Virus record (IMG/VR): IMGVR_UViG_3300028920_002946
Span: 96,001 to 160,000 of that record
Length of the DNA: 64,000 nucleotides
Source of the DNA: a virus
Strand: one strand, 5' to 3'
The notes under the pieces were generated by a model, which worked only from the letters and a program-made list of their open reading frames with translations, made no database searches and was not told where the DNA came from. The stretch's first letter is position 1, and the number at the start of each line of letters is the position of its first letter. Position numbers and translations under genes: made by a program. Positions 28,098 to 36,934 of the stretch are shown here, piece by piece.

Positions 28098-28658
28098 TCA
28101 GCTGACCACGACCGACAGCGAATTCGCCAACAGGTTGACGCCGAGCGCGTGAAGGTACTCGTCGGAGGAGGATGTCAGCGCCTCCGGCACAACCACCTCG
28201 TAGTCCCTGTTCCTCAGCTCCTCCGCCGTGAAAAGCACGGCCATGTGCGTCTCGAGGCCGACGACGTGCACCCGCTCCGGCCTCGCCTTACCCAACTCCG
28301 AGTCGAGCATCGTCGCGAAGAAGGCGCTCGGCCTGGTGGCGTTCACGATGAGCTTCAAGTGGGGCTTGAACGCCTCCGGTATGTCCACGTCGTGCGACCC
28401 GACGACCGAGTGGCTCCTGCCCCTGCGGTAGAAGGTGTCGCTGGCGTGGTGCACCTCCCGCACCCCGAATATCAACCCCCCGCGCGCCCTCTGCTCGCGC
28501 AGGTAGGACTCCATCCTCACCTTCAGCACGTCCGCCCGGTCCCCGAGGTACATCGAGCCCTTCTTCGAGAACCACGCGTTCTGCAGCCCGCAGGCTATCA
28601 CCGCATCCACGACGACACCGCCCGGACGACCCCCGACCACCATATCCGGATCCGGCAC
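28098..28658 (-). CDS. Isochorismatase/nicotinamidase-fold protein lacking the catalytic triad
   Basis: GLQNAWF, TRPSAF, VVGLETHMAVLFTA, YEVVVPEA align with the cysteine-hydrolase fold, but D/K/C are G/A/A. Confidence 0.72.
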   Translation of the reverse strand: MPDPDMVVGGRPGGVVVDAVIACGLQNAWFSKKGSMYLGDRADVLKVRMESYLREQRARGGLIFGVREVHHASDTFYRRGRSHSVVGSHDVDIPEAFKPHLKLIVNATRPSAFFATMLDSELGKARPERVHVVGLETHMAVLFTAEELRNRDYEVVVPEALTSSSDEYLHALGVNLLANSLSVVVS

Positions 28659-28749
28659 CAGAGCGAAAGCCTTATGACGGCCCGCCTGTCGGGTGGCGAC
28701 GCGACGAACGAAAAGTCCACGAGCCTGTAGCCCTCCGAAACTTCGGCCA

Positions 28750-28983
28750 TCACCAGTCCTCCTCCGGATCCTCCCCGAGCACCTCTATGCACGCCTGGCG
28801 GAACGCCTGCTGGCGGACGTCGGCGAGGGCCTTCATCTCCTCATTGTACCGCCGCCTCTCCCTCCAGGTCAACCTCCCGAACTTGGGCTTCAGCATCCTG
28901 TCGCCATGCCCACCGAAACCGACCTCGCACGACACCTTGTCGATCACCTTCTTCAGCTTCCTCGGGACCTTCGGCCGCCTCAT
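28750..28983 (-). CDS. Small basic hypothetical protein
   Basis: Starts MRRPKVPRK, coupled to upstream stop. Confidence 0.55.
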   Translation of the reverse strand: MRRPKVPRKLKKVIDKVSCEVGFGGHGDRMLKPKFGRLTWRERRRYNEEMKALADVRQQAFRQACIEVLGEDPEEDW

Positions 28984-29468
28984 CTCGCCCCCGCCTGCTT
29001 GCAGTTGTCGGAGCAATACTTCGCGTACTTCCCCTTGTGGGAGAAAAACCTCTTGCACACGGGGCAGCGCTTCAACTCACGGATGCCGTACATCTTCAGG
29101 TAAAGGCACATGTTGTAGCACACCACGGCCTCCGGCCACGGGGCGTCGGCCGCCTTTATGGCCACATTCCTCTTCTCCCCCGCCCTGCCGCCCTGCAGCG
29201 GCTCCACGAACTCCTCCAGGGACGGCTTCATGTAGGAGTCGACGTAGTTGACGACCCGCCTGGACACGCCGTTCTCGACGAGGTCCACGAGCATCTTTTT
29301 GAAGTCGGCCCTGAACTGCGACATGTCCGGCAGGCTCTCGACCGCCCTCCCGGCCGTCTCCGCCGTGAACCCGTGGTCTGACTCGGACAGCGCGGAAACG
29401 ACGTCCTGCGCGCCCGCGTCGCCGTTGGCGAACCTCACGAAGAGTGGCTCGACCCTTCCCGCCGGCAT
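28980..29468 (-). CDS. CGNR/ABATE-like zinc-finger protein
   Basis: C-terminal LKRCPVCKRFF...KYCSDNCK. Confidence 0.7.
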   Translation of the reverse strand: MPAGRVEPLFVRFANGDAGAQDVVSALSESDHGFTAETAGRAVESLPDMSQFRADFKKMLVDLVENGVSRRVVNYVDSYMKPSLEEFVEPLQGGRAGEKRNVAIKAADAPWPEAVVCYNMCLYLKMYGIRELKRCPVCKRFFSHKGKYAKYCSDNCKQAGAR

Positions 29469-29472
29469 CGCG

Positions 29473-29793
29473 CTACCCCAGTATCCTCATGAACCTGTTC
29501 ATCCTCGCCGCCCTCTTCTTCTGCGCCGAGAGGAGATGGACCTTCCTGCGCTTCGGGTCAACCCTCAGCCGGAGATCCGGCACCTTTTCGCAGCCGATCG
29601 GTATCACGAACACGGCCGCCGTGATGCCCGCCGCAATCTGCCTCTCGAGGTGGCCCAGGACATCCCCCTTGCCGACGAGCATCCCGGATCCGACGTGCTC
29701 CTCGACCATGCGGTAGGCCTCGGACACCACCTCCCGGAGCCTGTCGACGTCGAGATCCAGCCTCGGCCTTGGAACTTCGGAACCCACGGGCAC
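29473..29793 (-). CDS. Hypothetical protein
   Basis: 106-aa ORF, GAGGGGG RBS. Confidence 0.6.
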   Translation of the reverse strand: MPVGSEVPRPRLDLDVDRLREVVSEAYRMVEEHVGSGMLVGKGDVLGHLERQIAAGITAAVFVIPIGCEKVPDLRLRVDPKRRKVHLLSAQKKRAARMNRFMRILG

Positions 29794-29857
29794 CCCCTCA
29801 TGGGCGCAGACTAAATCAACTCGTTATTACGTGTTTGACCTGCGCGACACGGCCCCG

Positions 29858-30853
29858 TCACGTAACACTTTGGTATCCCGCGGCCGCGAGGGCCCGGCGC
29901 ATGCCCGAAACCAGGAACCTGCTCCCCCCGAACACCACGAGCACGGACGGGAACGGGGCGCTGTTGCTCATGCCCCCGAACTTGAGCCGGCCCTTTATGT
30001 ATATGCGATATCCGTTAGAAGCGTACTCGTGCCACCACTTCGTGTCTGTACGTGAGGGTACAAGACAAACAACCATACATCCCTGCAAACTTTCCTCATA
30101 AGCTTTCTGCATCCACTTCACCACACTTCTACCATAAGGAGGATTAAGCCACAAGGATATCTTGTCCGTCATTAAAGATTTGATGAACCCGCCAAAAATG
30201 GGTATAATAGCGTTATGAACAACACAACCATCGCTTACTGCGCCGGGCTTTTCGATGGTGAGGGCTGTATTCACATCAAGAAAAGAATTTCCAAGGCCCC
30301 CAGCCGAAAAGAGAGGTCTCCCAACTACATGCTTACTGTCAAGCTGAAAATGGTGCACAAACCAACGATTGAACTGTTCAAGAAAGTATTCAAGGTTGGG
30401 ACAATAACATTCGAGAAACCTGGAAAGAACAACAAGCGCATTGCATGGAGATGGAATGTCGCCGCCCATGATGCCATCACAGTTCTCACAACAATGCGGC
30501 CCTACCTCAAAATCAAAGTCGGAGAAGTCGATACTGCCCTTGAATTCATCAAGATTAACACCAGATCCGTCTACGGAGTCAGAACCGTCCCTTCTCACAT
30601 CCTTGCTGAAAGAGAACGACTTTACCAGAAAATGCGCTTTCTCAAGAAATTCGAATGGAAAGTGCCTGTTTGCCAATGACCAACTACAAGACAACCCATC
30701 ATCTCGTTCTGTGTAATATCGGCCACATTTGGAGTTGTCGTGCGACGCGCAGACGTCGATGTCGAAGTGGCACACGGAGTCCACGGCCTTGTAGAAGTCA
30801 TCCGGGGTCTCCCACTCCGTGCTGTTGCTGCTGAACATGACCTTGGTGTCCAT
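29858..30853 (-). CDS. dam: Phage N6-adenine DNA methyltransferase carrying an in-frame insertion of about 170 aa
   Basis: EWETP, FDIDVCAS, DDGL..W, then insertion, then WLNPPYG, LVPSRTDTKWWH, GRLKF, APFPS. Confidence 0.85.
   Translation of the reverse strand: MDTKVMFSSNSTEWETPDDFYKAVDSVCHFDIDVCASHDNSKCGRYYTERDDGLSCSWSLANRHFPFEFLEKAHFLVKSFSFSKDVRRDGSDSVDGSGVNLDEFKGSIDFSDFDFEVGPHCCENCDGIMGGDIPSPCNALVVLSRFLECYCPNLEYFLEQFNRWFVHHFQLDSKHVVGRPLFSAGGLGNSFLDVNTALTIEKPGAVSDGCVVHNAIIPIFGGFIKSLMTDKISLWLNPPYGRSVVKWMQKAYEESLQGCMVVCLVPSRTDTKWWHEYASNGYRIYIKGRLKFGGMSNSAPFPSVLVVFGGSRFLVSGMRRALAAAGYQSVT
30180..30208 (+). promoter_or_regulatory. Sigma70 promoter TTGATG-N17-TATAAT for the homing endonuclease (leaderless)
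   Basis: Consensus -10 ends at 30208; ATG at 30215 sits at the expected transcription start; no RBS. Confidence 0.65.
30215..30679 (+). mobile_element. Single-motif LAGLIDADG homing endonuclease gene, antisense inside dam
   Basis: MNNTTIAYCAGLFDGEGCIHI; 154 aa; AT-richer than genome. Confidence 0.88.
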
Positions 30854-30856
30854 AGG

Positions 30857-31834
30857 CTACCCCTTGAGCAACGCCTTGATGTCTATGGCCCCCGCGTCAA
30901 TCCTGCCCCTGTCGTAGTACCTCCAGCGGGCCTTCCAGTTGTCCATCGCGTCCAGCTTCCTCGGCATGTGGGGCCACGTTATGTGCTGGAAGGTCAGCTT
31001 GCCCTGTCCGTCGGTGCCCGTGTAGGACTTGGCGTTGAACTGCATCTCGCGGATCTGCTCCATGGTGCACATCGCCCGGGCGCCGCCGCCCTCGCCGGGG
31101 TTCACGAAGAACTTCATCCCCTTGAGGGCCCTACCGATTCCCGTCCGAAGGCGCTTGTACTTGCCGTAGGGCGTGCCGTAATACGCGTATCCGCTGCATA
31201 TCGCGAGGATGTGCGTGTGGTGCCCCTCGTTCAGCCACCCGTTCGCGCGCGCCTGGACATACGCCTTGGTGAGCGGGAGGTTGAATATGCCCACCCCGCC
31301 GTCGGTCCATATCTTCCCGCGGTCGGTGTCGAGCATCTCGCCGAAGAACCACATGGCGGCGAACGACCTGCAGGCCGCCTCCGCCATCCCGAGGCCGCCG
31401 TCCTTGGCCTCCCAACTCTTGAAGAAATGCGTCCTGCCCCCTACCTCGTCCACGCTGGTGCATATGAACGGCACGACGGAGTCGCCCAAGAGGGCCCCGC
31501 CGCCGAAATGCTTCGCATGAACGTCAACATACGGCTTGCGCGGGTACAGCGGCACCTTCAGGAATCCCCGCTTGGTAAACATCCTCTTGATGACGGCGGC
31601 GGTTTTCCTGTCAGACTCCCCGCGCCTGCCCATCAGAATGCCATTGAATTCCTCGCACGCCATGCCGAGCGAGAGGCAGCTCATGACAACCGAGCCGGCG
31701 GACGTCGTGACCGCCATGTCAATGAGATCCGTGATCCTCTTGTTCGTCTGGCGCTCGATGTGCTCTATCTGGGCCGTCTCGTAGGGCATCTTCGCCCCGC
31801 CGCCCTCGACGACCAAAACCACGTGCCTCTCCAT
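30857..31834 (-). CDS. Patatin-like phospholipase
   Basis: VLVVEGGGAK oxyanion loop, TTSAG nucleophile, TDGG catalytic Asp. Confidence 0.85.
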   Translation of the reverse strand: MERHVVLVVEGGGAKMPYETAQIEHIERQTNKRITDLIDMAVTTSAGSVVMSCLSLGMACEEFNGILMGRRGESDRKTAAVIKRMFTKRGFLKVPLYPRKPYVDVHAKHFGGGALLGDSVVPFICTSVDEVGGRTHFFKSWEAKDGGLGMAEAACRSFAAMWFFGEMLDTDRGKIWTDGGVGIFNLPLTKAYVQARANGWLNEGHHTHILAICSGYAYYGTPYGKYKRLRTGIGRALKGMKFFVNPGEGGGARAMCTMEQIREMQFNAKSYTGTDGQGKLTFQHITWPHMPRKLDAMDNWKARWRYYDRGRIDAGAIDIKALLKG

Positions 31835-31859
31835 GCCCAACCCTCCCCGGGGACGGCGG

Positions 31860-32282
31860 TCACAGCCTGTCGCCCCTCTTCATGTCGATCCGCATGCTGC
31901 CGAACGCCACGTCGCCGTCCCGCCCGTAGGCCAGGATGTCGCCGGGCCGCACGGACACCTTGCGTATGGCGCATTTTCTCACGGGGTCCATGAACCGGAG
32001 GGTGTCCTTCGCCCTCCGCTCCTCCGCATATGCGTGGTACGCGCCGCCCCAGACGCCCTCGTCGCCGTCGGGCGGACCCCCGCCCCCGAACGGGTCGACG
32101 GCCGTCAGAATCCCCCCGTCGTCGGACAGCTCGTCGGAGTAGCGGGACTGGGCCTGGAACAGCGGCGCGAGCCTGTTTCCGTCAACGATGGAGAACACCT
32201 TCCAGAACTCGACGTCCTGGCCGGCCTTCTTGATCTCGCGCAGGGCCTTCTTCGTCTTTTTCCTGTCCACCACCAAACACAT
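31860..32282 (-). CDS. Hypothetical protein
   Basis: 140-aa ORF in operon. Confidence 0.6.
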   Translation of the reverse strand: MCLVVDRKKTKKALREIKKAGQDVEFWKVFSIVDGNRLAPLFQAQSRYSDELSDDGGILTAVDPFGGGGPPDGDEGVWGGAYHAYAEERRAKDTLRFMDPVRKCAIRKVSVRPGDILAYGRDGDVAFGSMRIDMKRGDRL

Positions 32283-32290
32283 GGGTCGCC

Positions 32291-32677
32291 TCAGTCTATG
32301 TCAAGGTCGTCCGAGCCGCAACGGGGGCACCTCTTGTCGGGCTCCCTCTTGAAGTCGCCGTACGTGCGCCACCTCTGGTCCCCCAGCTTCCGGAGCATGC
32401 GCCGGAACTGCCACCATATGAGCCACCAGGAGTGCGGGTCGCGCCTCCCCCACCCGCACTCGTCGGCGAACCATTGGTCGTGGTCCATCCGCCGCGGCCA
32501 CCAATACTCGCTGACGTATGACAGGAAGAGGGAGAAGGGGTTGTAGCCCCACCCCACACGCACCGGCCACCGGACGAAGTCGAAGTAGCCGCCAAAACGC
32601 CCAACCTTCAGACCGAAGTCCCAAAAGTCGTCCTGCGACCAATGGCAGGAGTGGCAGTGGAGGTACGCCATGGTCAT
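32291..32677 (-). CDS. Trp-rich protein with terminal Cys pairs (zinc-ribbon-like)
   Basis: HCHSC near N-terminus, CPRC near C-terminus. Confidence 0.6.
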   Translation of the reverse strand: MTMAYLHCHSCHWSQDDFWDFGLKVGRFGGYFDFVRWPVRVGWGYNPFSLFLSYVSEYWWPRRMDHDQWFADECGWGRRDPHSWWLIWWQFRRMLRKLGDQRWRTYGDFKREPDKRCPRCGSDDLDID

Positions 32678-33588
32678 ATCCTCATCAGTCTGGCGACCGT
32701 CGCCTCGAGGAGCTCGCGCCTGGGCAGCCGGGAGACCCTCGACGACACGTCCGCCGCGGAGAGAAGGTCCATAAGCCTGAGTATCCTGCCGCGCCCGAGC
32801 TGGGCCGCCACCGGCGCGATCTTGGTCCTCACTATGTACGGCGGGAGGCCCAGCAGCCCCGCCACGTCCTCGTTTGACATCCCCGCGTCCTTGTGCAGCG
32901 AGCAGAGGTACAGCCTCCTCGCCTGCGCCTGCATGAGGTGCACGAGCGAGACCAGCTCCCCGGTGTCCATCGTGGACGACATGGACAGGGACGGGCCCCA
33001 CCTCCTGCGCAGCACGGAGTCGACGAGGTCGTACAGCTTCGCGCCCCTCGGGGCGACCATGGCCGACAGGCATGACGGGCGGTCGAGGCGGCGACCCAGG
33101 AACGACAGCTTCCGGCACTCCGACCGTATGGCCGCGAGGTCGGTGCCGTGCCTCTCCACCACCGCCTCCGGGACGTCGGCGTCGAACTCGCACCCCGCCT
33201 TCCGCAGCTGGTGGGCGGCGTAGGCCCTGCACCCCCTCTCGTCGAAGCCCTCGAGGGTGAGCAGCTCGCAGTCGGCCCTCAGCCTCGTGTACTGCCTGCT
33301 TTTGGGGATCGAGCGCCGCTGGACGAAGAGCAGCACGTGGCCCGACGCCGACGAGAGGGCCTGCGAGGCGGCGGCGAGCCCGTCGGCGTCCAGCTCCCAG
33401 AGAACGAGGATCTTGCGGTCGTCGTCGAACAGGCTCGTGCCGACCGCGGCGGACGCGAACCCGACGGGGTCGTCGTGGACCGACAGCGGCATCGACGGCA
33501 GCTCCTCCCGGAGCGAGTCCAGAAGGTCGGACACGAGCGCCGGCTCCTTGGCGTCCACCAATATGCGCCTCGACCCGGCCTCTATCAT
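32674..33588 (-). CDS. holA: DNA polymerase III delta-like subunit
   Basis: SLFDDDRKILVL, GTDLAAIRSECRKL, KLYDLVDSV, LGLPPYIV. Confidence 0.8.
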   Translation of the reverse strand: MIEAGSRRILVDAKEPALVSDLLDSLREELPSMPLSVHDDPVGFASAAVGTSLFDDDRKILVLWELDADGLAAASQALSSASGHVLLFVQRRSIPKSRQYTRLRADCELLTLEGFDERGCRAYAAHQLRKAGCEFDADVPEAVVERHGTDLAAIRSECRKLSFLGRRLDRPSCLSAMVAPRGAKLYDLVDSVLRRRWGPSLSMSSTMDTGELVSLVHLMQAQARRLYLCSLHKDAGMSNEDVAGLLGLPPYIVRTKIAPVAAQLGRGRILRLMDLLSAADVSSRVSRLPRRELLEATVARLMRI

Positions 33589-33602
33589 CTTGGAGCAGGT
33601 GC

Positions 33603-33875
33603 TCACCGGGACATCCTCCTGGCGAACGACAGCCTGCCGCCGGCGCTGGAGAACCACTTCCTCTCCTCGACCGTCATCTCGCCCCTGTCGACGGAGAGCT
33701 TCAGCGGGACGATGCCGATCGCAACGCGCCCGACCATGGACCGCCGGGACACCTCGCGCCGGAAGCCGCACTGCCTGCGCGCGGGGTCGTCTTGGAGCTC
33801 CCAGCGCCCCCTGTTCCTGCGCATCACCCTCTTCAACTCCTTGAAACTCTTGGCAATAACCTCCCTGCCCTTCAT
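33603..33875 (-). CDS. Hypothetical basic protein
   Basis: Starts MKGREV, coupled to holB stop. Confidence 0.5.
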   Translation of the reverse strand: MKGREVIAKSFKELKRVMRRNRGRWELQDDPARRQCGFRREVSRRSMVGRVAIGIVPLKLSVDRGEMTVEERKWFSSAGGRLSFARRMSR

Positions 33876-34858
33876 TGGATCCCCCTTGCCTCCATGGACT
33901 GTTTGACGTACGCCGCCATCCACCCGATCGCCGCGAACAGGCGCGGGCCCGGCTTGAGGTTCAGGGGCGACCGCGCCGCGTCCAGAACCTCGGACAGCCT
34001 CGCGCACGAGGCTATGCAGGCATCGTCGCCCCACCGCTCCGTCAAGGCGTCTATCTCGGCGGCCTTCGACTGGCTGGATATCTGCAAAGGGCTGTCATAA
34101 TGCGTCTTGAGGATGTCGGACAGCGCGGACAGCATGGCCTCGGCGAAGTGCACGGACTCACCGGCCTCGTCGGCGGCCTGCGCCGCGGACAGGACGTCGT
34201 CGACGGAGCCGGACGCGACCGACCTCAGCGCCCCCGGCATCTGGTCGAGGTAGTAGGAGTACCTCGCGTACTCCCGCAGCACGCTGCGGCTGAGGTAGGG
34301 CATCGCCCTGCAGACATCGTCGAGGTTCGCGCGCGAGTGCCCCTGCCTCCTCAGTATCTCGGAGACGTCCGACGGCGACAGCGGCCCGAACCTCACCGGC
34401 GTCGCCCTGGACCTCACCGCCGGGCTGAGCCTGCCCTCGTCCGACGCGACCATGACGACGACGGCGCCCGCCACCTCCTCCAGCGTCTTCAGCAGCCCGT
34501 AGGAGGCCTGCCTGTTCATCGTCTCGGCGTCGTCGATGACGACCGCGCGCCGCGGCCCCGAGTAGGGCGCCAGGGACAGGTGCGAGGCGACCGACTTCGC
34601 GTCGGCCGCCTTTATGACCCTTGACGAGCCGCCCACGTGGAGGAGGTCGGGGACGTCCGGGAAAAGCCTGCAGTTCACGCAGGCGCAGCCCGGGTCCATC
34701 GTCCCGGAGCAGACGGCCATCCTCGCGAACTCCCTCGCGACGGCGTTCTTGCCCACCGACCCCGGGCCGTGGAACAGGTAGACACCGGAGGGGTCGCCGG
34801 ACAGCGCCTTTTCCAGAAGGGACAGCACCTCCTTGTGGCCCACTATCCTCTCGAACAC
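33872..34858 (-). CDS. holB: DNA polymerase III delta-prime-like subunit
   Basis: IVGH, YLFHGPGSVGK, CACVNC, IDDAETMN, LLKTLEE, AVRSR. Confidence 0.88.
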   Translation of the reverse strand: MFERIVGHKEVLSLLEKALSGDPSGVYLFHGPGSVGKNAVAREFARMAVCSGTMDPGCACVNCRLFPDVPDLLHVGGSSRVIKAADAKSVASHLSLAPYSGPRRAVVIDDAETMNRQASYGLLKTLEEVAGAVVVMVASDEGRLSPAVRSRATPVRFGPLSPSDVSEILRRQGHSRANLDDVCRAMPYLSRSVLREYARYSYYLDQMPGALRSVASGSVDDVLSAAQAADEAGESVHFAEAMLSALSDILKTHYDSPLQISSQSKAAEIDALTERWGDDACIASCARLSEVLDAARSPLNLKPGPRLFAAIGWMAAYVKQSMEARGIQ

Positions 34859-34888
34859 GGCAGGCTCCGATTTTTCCGGTCTCGCTTT

Positions 34889-34920
34889 GCCGGGCGGCGA
34901 AGCCCCCGGCGCGTTTTTTC
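34889..34920 (+). terminator. Intrinsic-terminator-like hairpin
   Basis: GCCGGG-C-GGC-GAA-GCC-CCCGGC then GCGTTTTTT; faces antisense to the flanking genes. Confidence 0.45.
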
Positions 34921-34952
34921 TCTTCTGTATTGGCTACGGTATTTGTTGTTTC
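34920..34952. repeat. 33-bp exact direct repeat, copy 1
   Basis: CTCTTCTGTATTGGCTACGGTATTTGTTGTTTC, identical to 35757-35789. Confidence 0.95.
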
Positions 34953-35218
34953 GGCTCGTTCTCATGCCATTTCGTCGACCGTCGCAACCCGTTGCCACTC
35001 ATAAGGTTGCGGCTGAAGGCCTGCGGCTCCTCCGCCGCTCGGCGGAAGCGTCCAGTGGGCGGTTGAACCCCTCCCATGCGGGAGTGGGCAGGTTCTGACG
35101 CGTGCGGGCAGGCCCCCTTCCGGCATTCTTTCCCCCGCCGCTCGCCGTCCCCTATGTCCCCCTGCCGAGGGGGCCTTCGGTCGCGGCTGCCATAACGGGG
35201 TGAGTCCCGCACAACGCG

Positions 35219-35247
35219 AATATAACGGCATGGCACGCCCGTTTTAC
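35219..35247 (-). promoter_or_regulatory. Promoter GTAAAA-N17-TATATT
   Basis: 17-nt identity with the 27695 promoter; would give a leader of about 350 nt before holB. Confidence 0.5.
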
Positions 35248-35318
35248 CCAACTTTCTGCGGTAGGCCGGACGCGGCCGGCAGAATCCCGCCGCGAGCGGT
35301 CGGAAACGCCCGCCCGAA

Positions 35319-35681
35319 TCACGGTCCCTCCCCCGATGCGGCCCCCTCGAAGGACGAAACGACATTTTCCGTCCATCCGGGGCAGCTTTTCAGCACCTCC
35401 GGGTGCGTGCTGTACAGGTCGAACGCCACCACGCAGTCCGCCCTCTCCATAAGGACGGGCGGCACCTTGGCGGGGGAGACCCTGCGCCTCGTCTTGTGCC
35501 TGAACACGATGTCCCTGCCGGGCATGTCGGACAGCGCCCCCTCGACGATGGCGGACTGCGCCTCGGCCGACAGGAGCGCGTTGATGTTCACCAGGGCGGC
35601 GCCCGGCAGGGCCCCCTTGGACAGGAAGTCCGTGAACATGCCTATGGACACCGGGTCGGGCGACGTGACTGCCACAATCAT
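35319..35681 (-). CDS. Hypothetical protein
   Basis: 120 aa, GAAGGGAGGAAGG RBS, TATATT box at 35715-35720. Confidence 0.7.
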   Translation of the reverse strand: MIVAVTSPDPVSIGMFTDFLSKGALPGAALVNINALLSAEAQSAIVEGALSDMPGRDIVFRHKTRRRVSPAKVPPVLMERADCVVAFDLYSTHPEVLKSCPGWTENVVSSFEGAASGEGP

Positions 35682-35756
35682 ACCTTCCTCCCTTCAGGTT
35701 CGGGCCGCACCCATAATATAACGGATGGACCCTCCGGGATCCAACGGTCTCCCCGC

Positions 35757-35789
35757 CTCTTCTGTATTGGCTACGGTATTTGTTGTTTC
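35757..35789. repeat. 33-bp exact direct repeat, copy 2
   Basis: Identical to 34920-34952; adjacent hairpin CCCGCTCC-GCG-GGAGCGGG at 35794-35812. Confidence 0.95.
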
Positions 35790-35910
35790 CACTCCCGCTC
35801 CGCGGGAGCGGGGAACAGATCCATACTTCGTATGTATCTATTCCTTAAGGAGGGGGATCCGGGAACGGGGATCCGGGAGGGGGGCCGCGAAAATTTATCA
35901 AGTTCGCCGT

Positions 35911-35939
35911 TTAATGCCGGGGCGTCTTCGTAGTATATT
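35911..35939 (+). promoter_or_regulatory. Promoter TTAATG-N17-TATATT
   Basis: Heads the rightward block at the strand switch. Confidence 0.6.
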
Positions 35940-35969
35940 CGAACATAGGCAAACCTGAAAGGACAGGGC

Positions 35970-36350
35970 GTGGAAGGCGAACTGCAGGAGAGGATGGACG
36001 AGTTCAACGAACTGCTGCTCCGCAACACGGCGCTCACCTTCAGCACGGAGGGGGTGACCCGCGACCTGAAGGCGCTGCTGGCCAGGAAGGCCGATTTCGT
36101 CGCGCAGTCGGCGGACGCCGCCGCCAGGATCGCCGCGGCGCCCTGCAAGTCGGCTGTCAGGTCCAAGTCCGTGGACGAACTCGTCAGGCACGTGGTCGAG
36201 GAGATCAAGGGCACGAACTCGACCCTCAACTACGTCATCATGAAGGTTGTCGAGCGGGAGCAGGCCCTGTCGACGGAGGCCGAGGACTCAAAGCCCAAGC
36301 GGAAACCGCCGAAAAGGACTCGAAGGCGCAAGGGGCCGGGCGGTGCCTGA
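35970..36350 (+). CDS. Hypothetical helical protein with basic tail
   Basis: 126 aa, first rightward gene. Confidence 0.65.
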   Translation: MEGELQERMDEFNELLLRNTALTFSTEGVTRDLKALLARKADFVAQSADAAARIAAAPCKSAVRSKSVDELVRHVVEEIKGTNSTLNYVIMKVVEREQALSTEAEDSKPKRKPPKRTRRRKGPGGA

Positions 36351-36873
36351 GCCCGAAAAAGACATCCTGTCCGGCATACACCGGGACATCGAGGAGAACG
36401 GCTTCTCCTGGCCCGTGGGGCAGGAGCTGCTGATGACCAAGACGGGGGTGCGCCCGAGCGGGGGCGGCGATAACCACGAGGTTTGGACAACGCTCGTGTT
36501 CGAGAGGACCGTCGTCGAGATGCGCGCCGCGGAGTGGTGCGGGTATTCGAAGTACGGCGTGGAGATACGCGCCGAGGACAGGAATTGGGAAGAGGAGGCC
36601 GCAGGCTCCATGCCCATAACAGGCCCGAGGGGGATCGGAGGCGTTATGGACAAGGAAGTTCTGGAACAGCACGAAGAGCTGAGGCTGAGGGTCGAGGTTC
36701 TGTCGGCGAAGCAGGAGATGCTGAGGAGGGCGATTGAAACCGGCACGCACGCGATGACCACGTGCGTGAAGTCCGGCGTCGACGCGGACAAGGGGCTGCC
36801 GGACATGGTGGAGGCGGCCGTCGTCATGTTGCGCCGCAGCCTGGACGACATGGAAGGCCAACTCGAACTGTAA
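36343..36873 (+). CDS. Hypothetical protein
   Basis: GTG 36343 overlapping upstream stop; C-terminal coiled coil. Confidence 0.55.
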   Translation: MPEPEKDILSGIHRDIEENGFSWPVGQELLMTKTGVRPSGGGDNHEVWTTLVFERTVVEMRAAEWCGYSKYGVEIRAEDRNWEEEAAGSMPITGPRGIGGVMDKEVLEQHEELRLRVEVLSAKQEMLRRAIETGTHAMTTCVKSGVDADKGLPDMVEAAVVMLRRSLDDMEGQLEL

Positions 36874-36934
36874 CCCTCGAGGCCCCGTGAGCGGGGGCCT
36901 GCGGCTGTATGCTTTAAGCGAACGATTGTATGCC

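Noticed and set aside
30170-30679. Group I intron or intein explanation for the dam insertion
   Set aside because: No P7-like core or spare sequence for a ribozyme; no Cys/Ser start or His-Asn end in the dam frame; the endonuclease is on the opposite strand.
22966-34858. Long same-strand upstream extensions in the ORF track (22966..24399, 25938..27113, 32291..33232, 32674..33771, 19217..20212)
   Set aside because: Same frame-openness artefact; starts were reset to RBS-supported or stop-coupled ATGs.
34920-35789. CRISPR-like interpretation of the 33-bp repeats
   Set aside because: Only two copies 837 bp apart with a gene between them; no spacer periodicity or cas operon.
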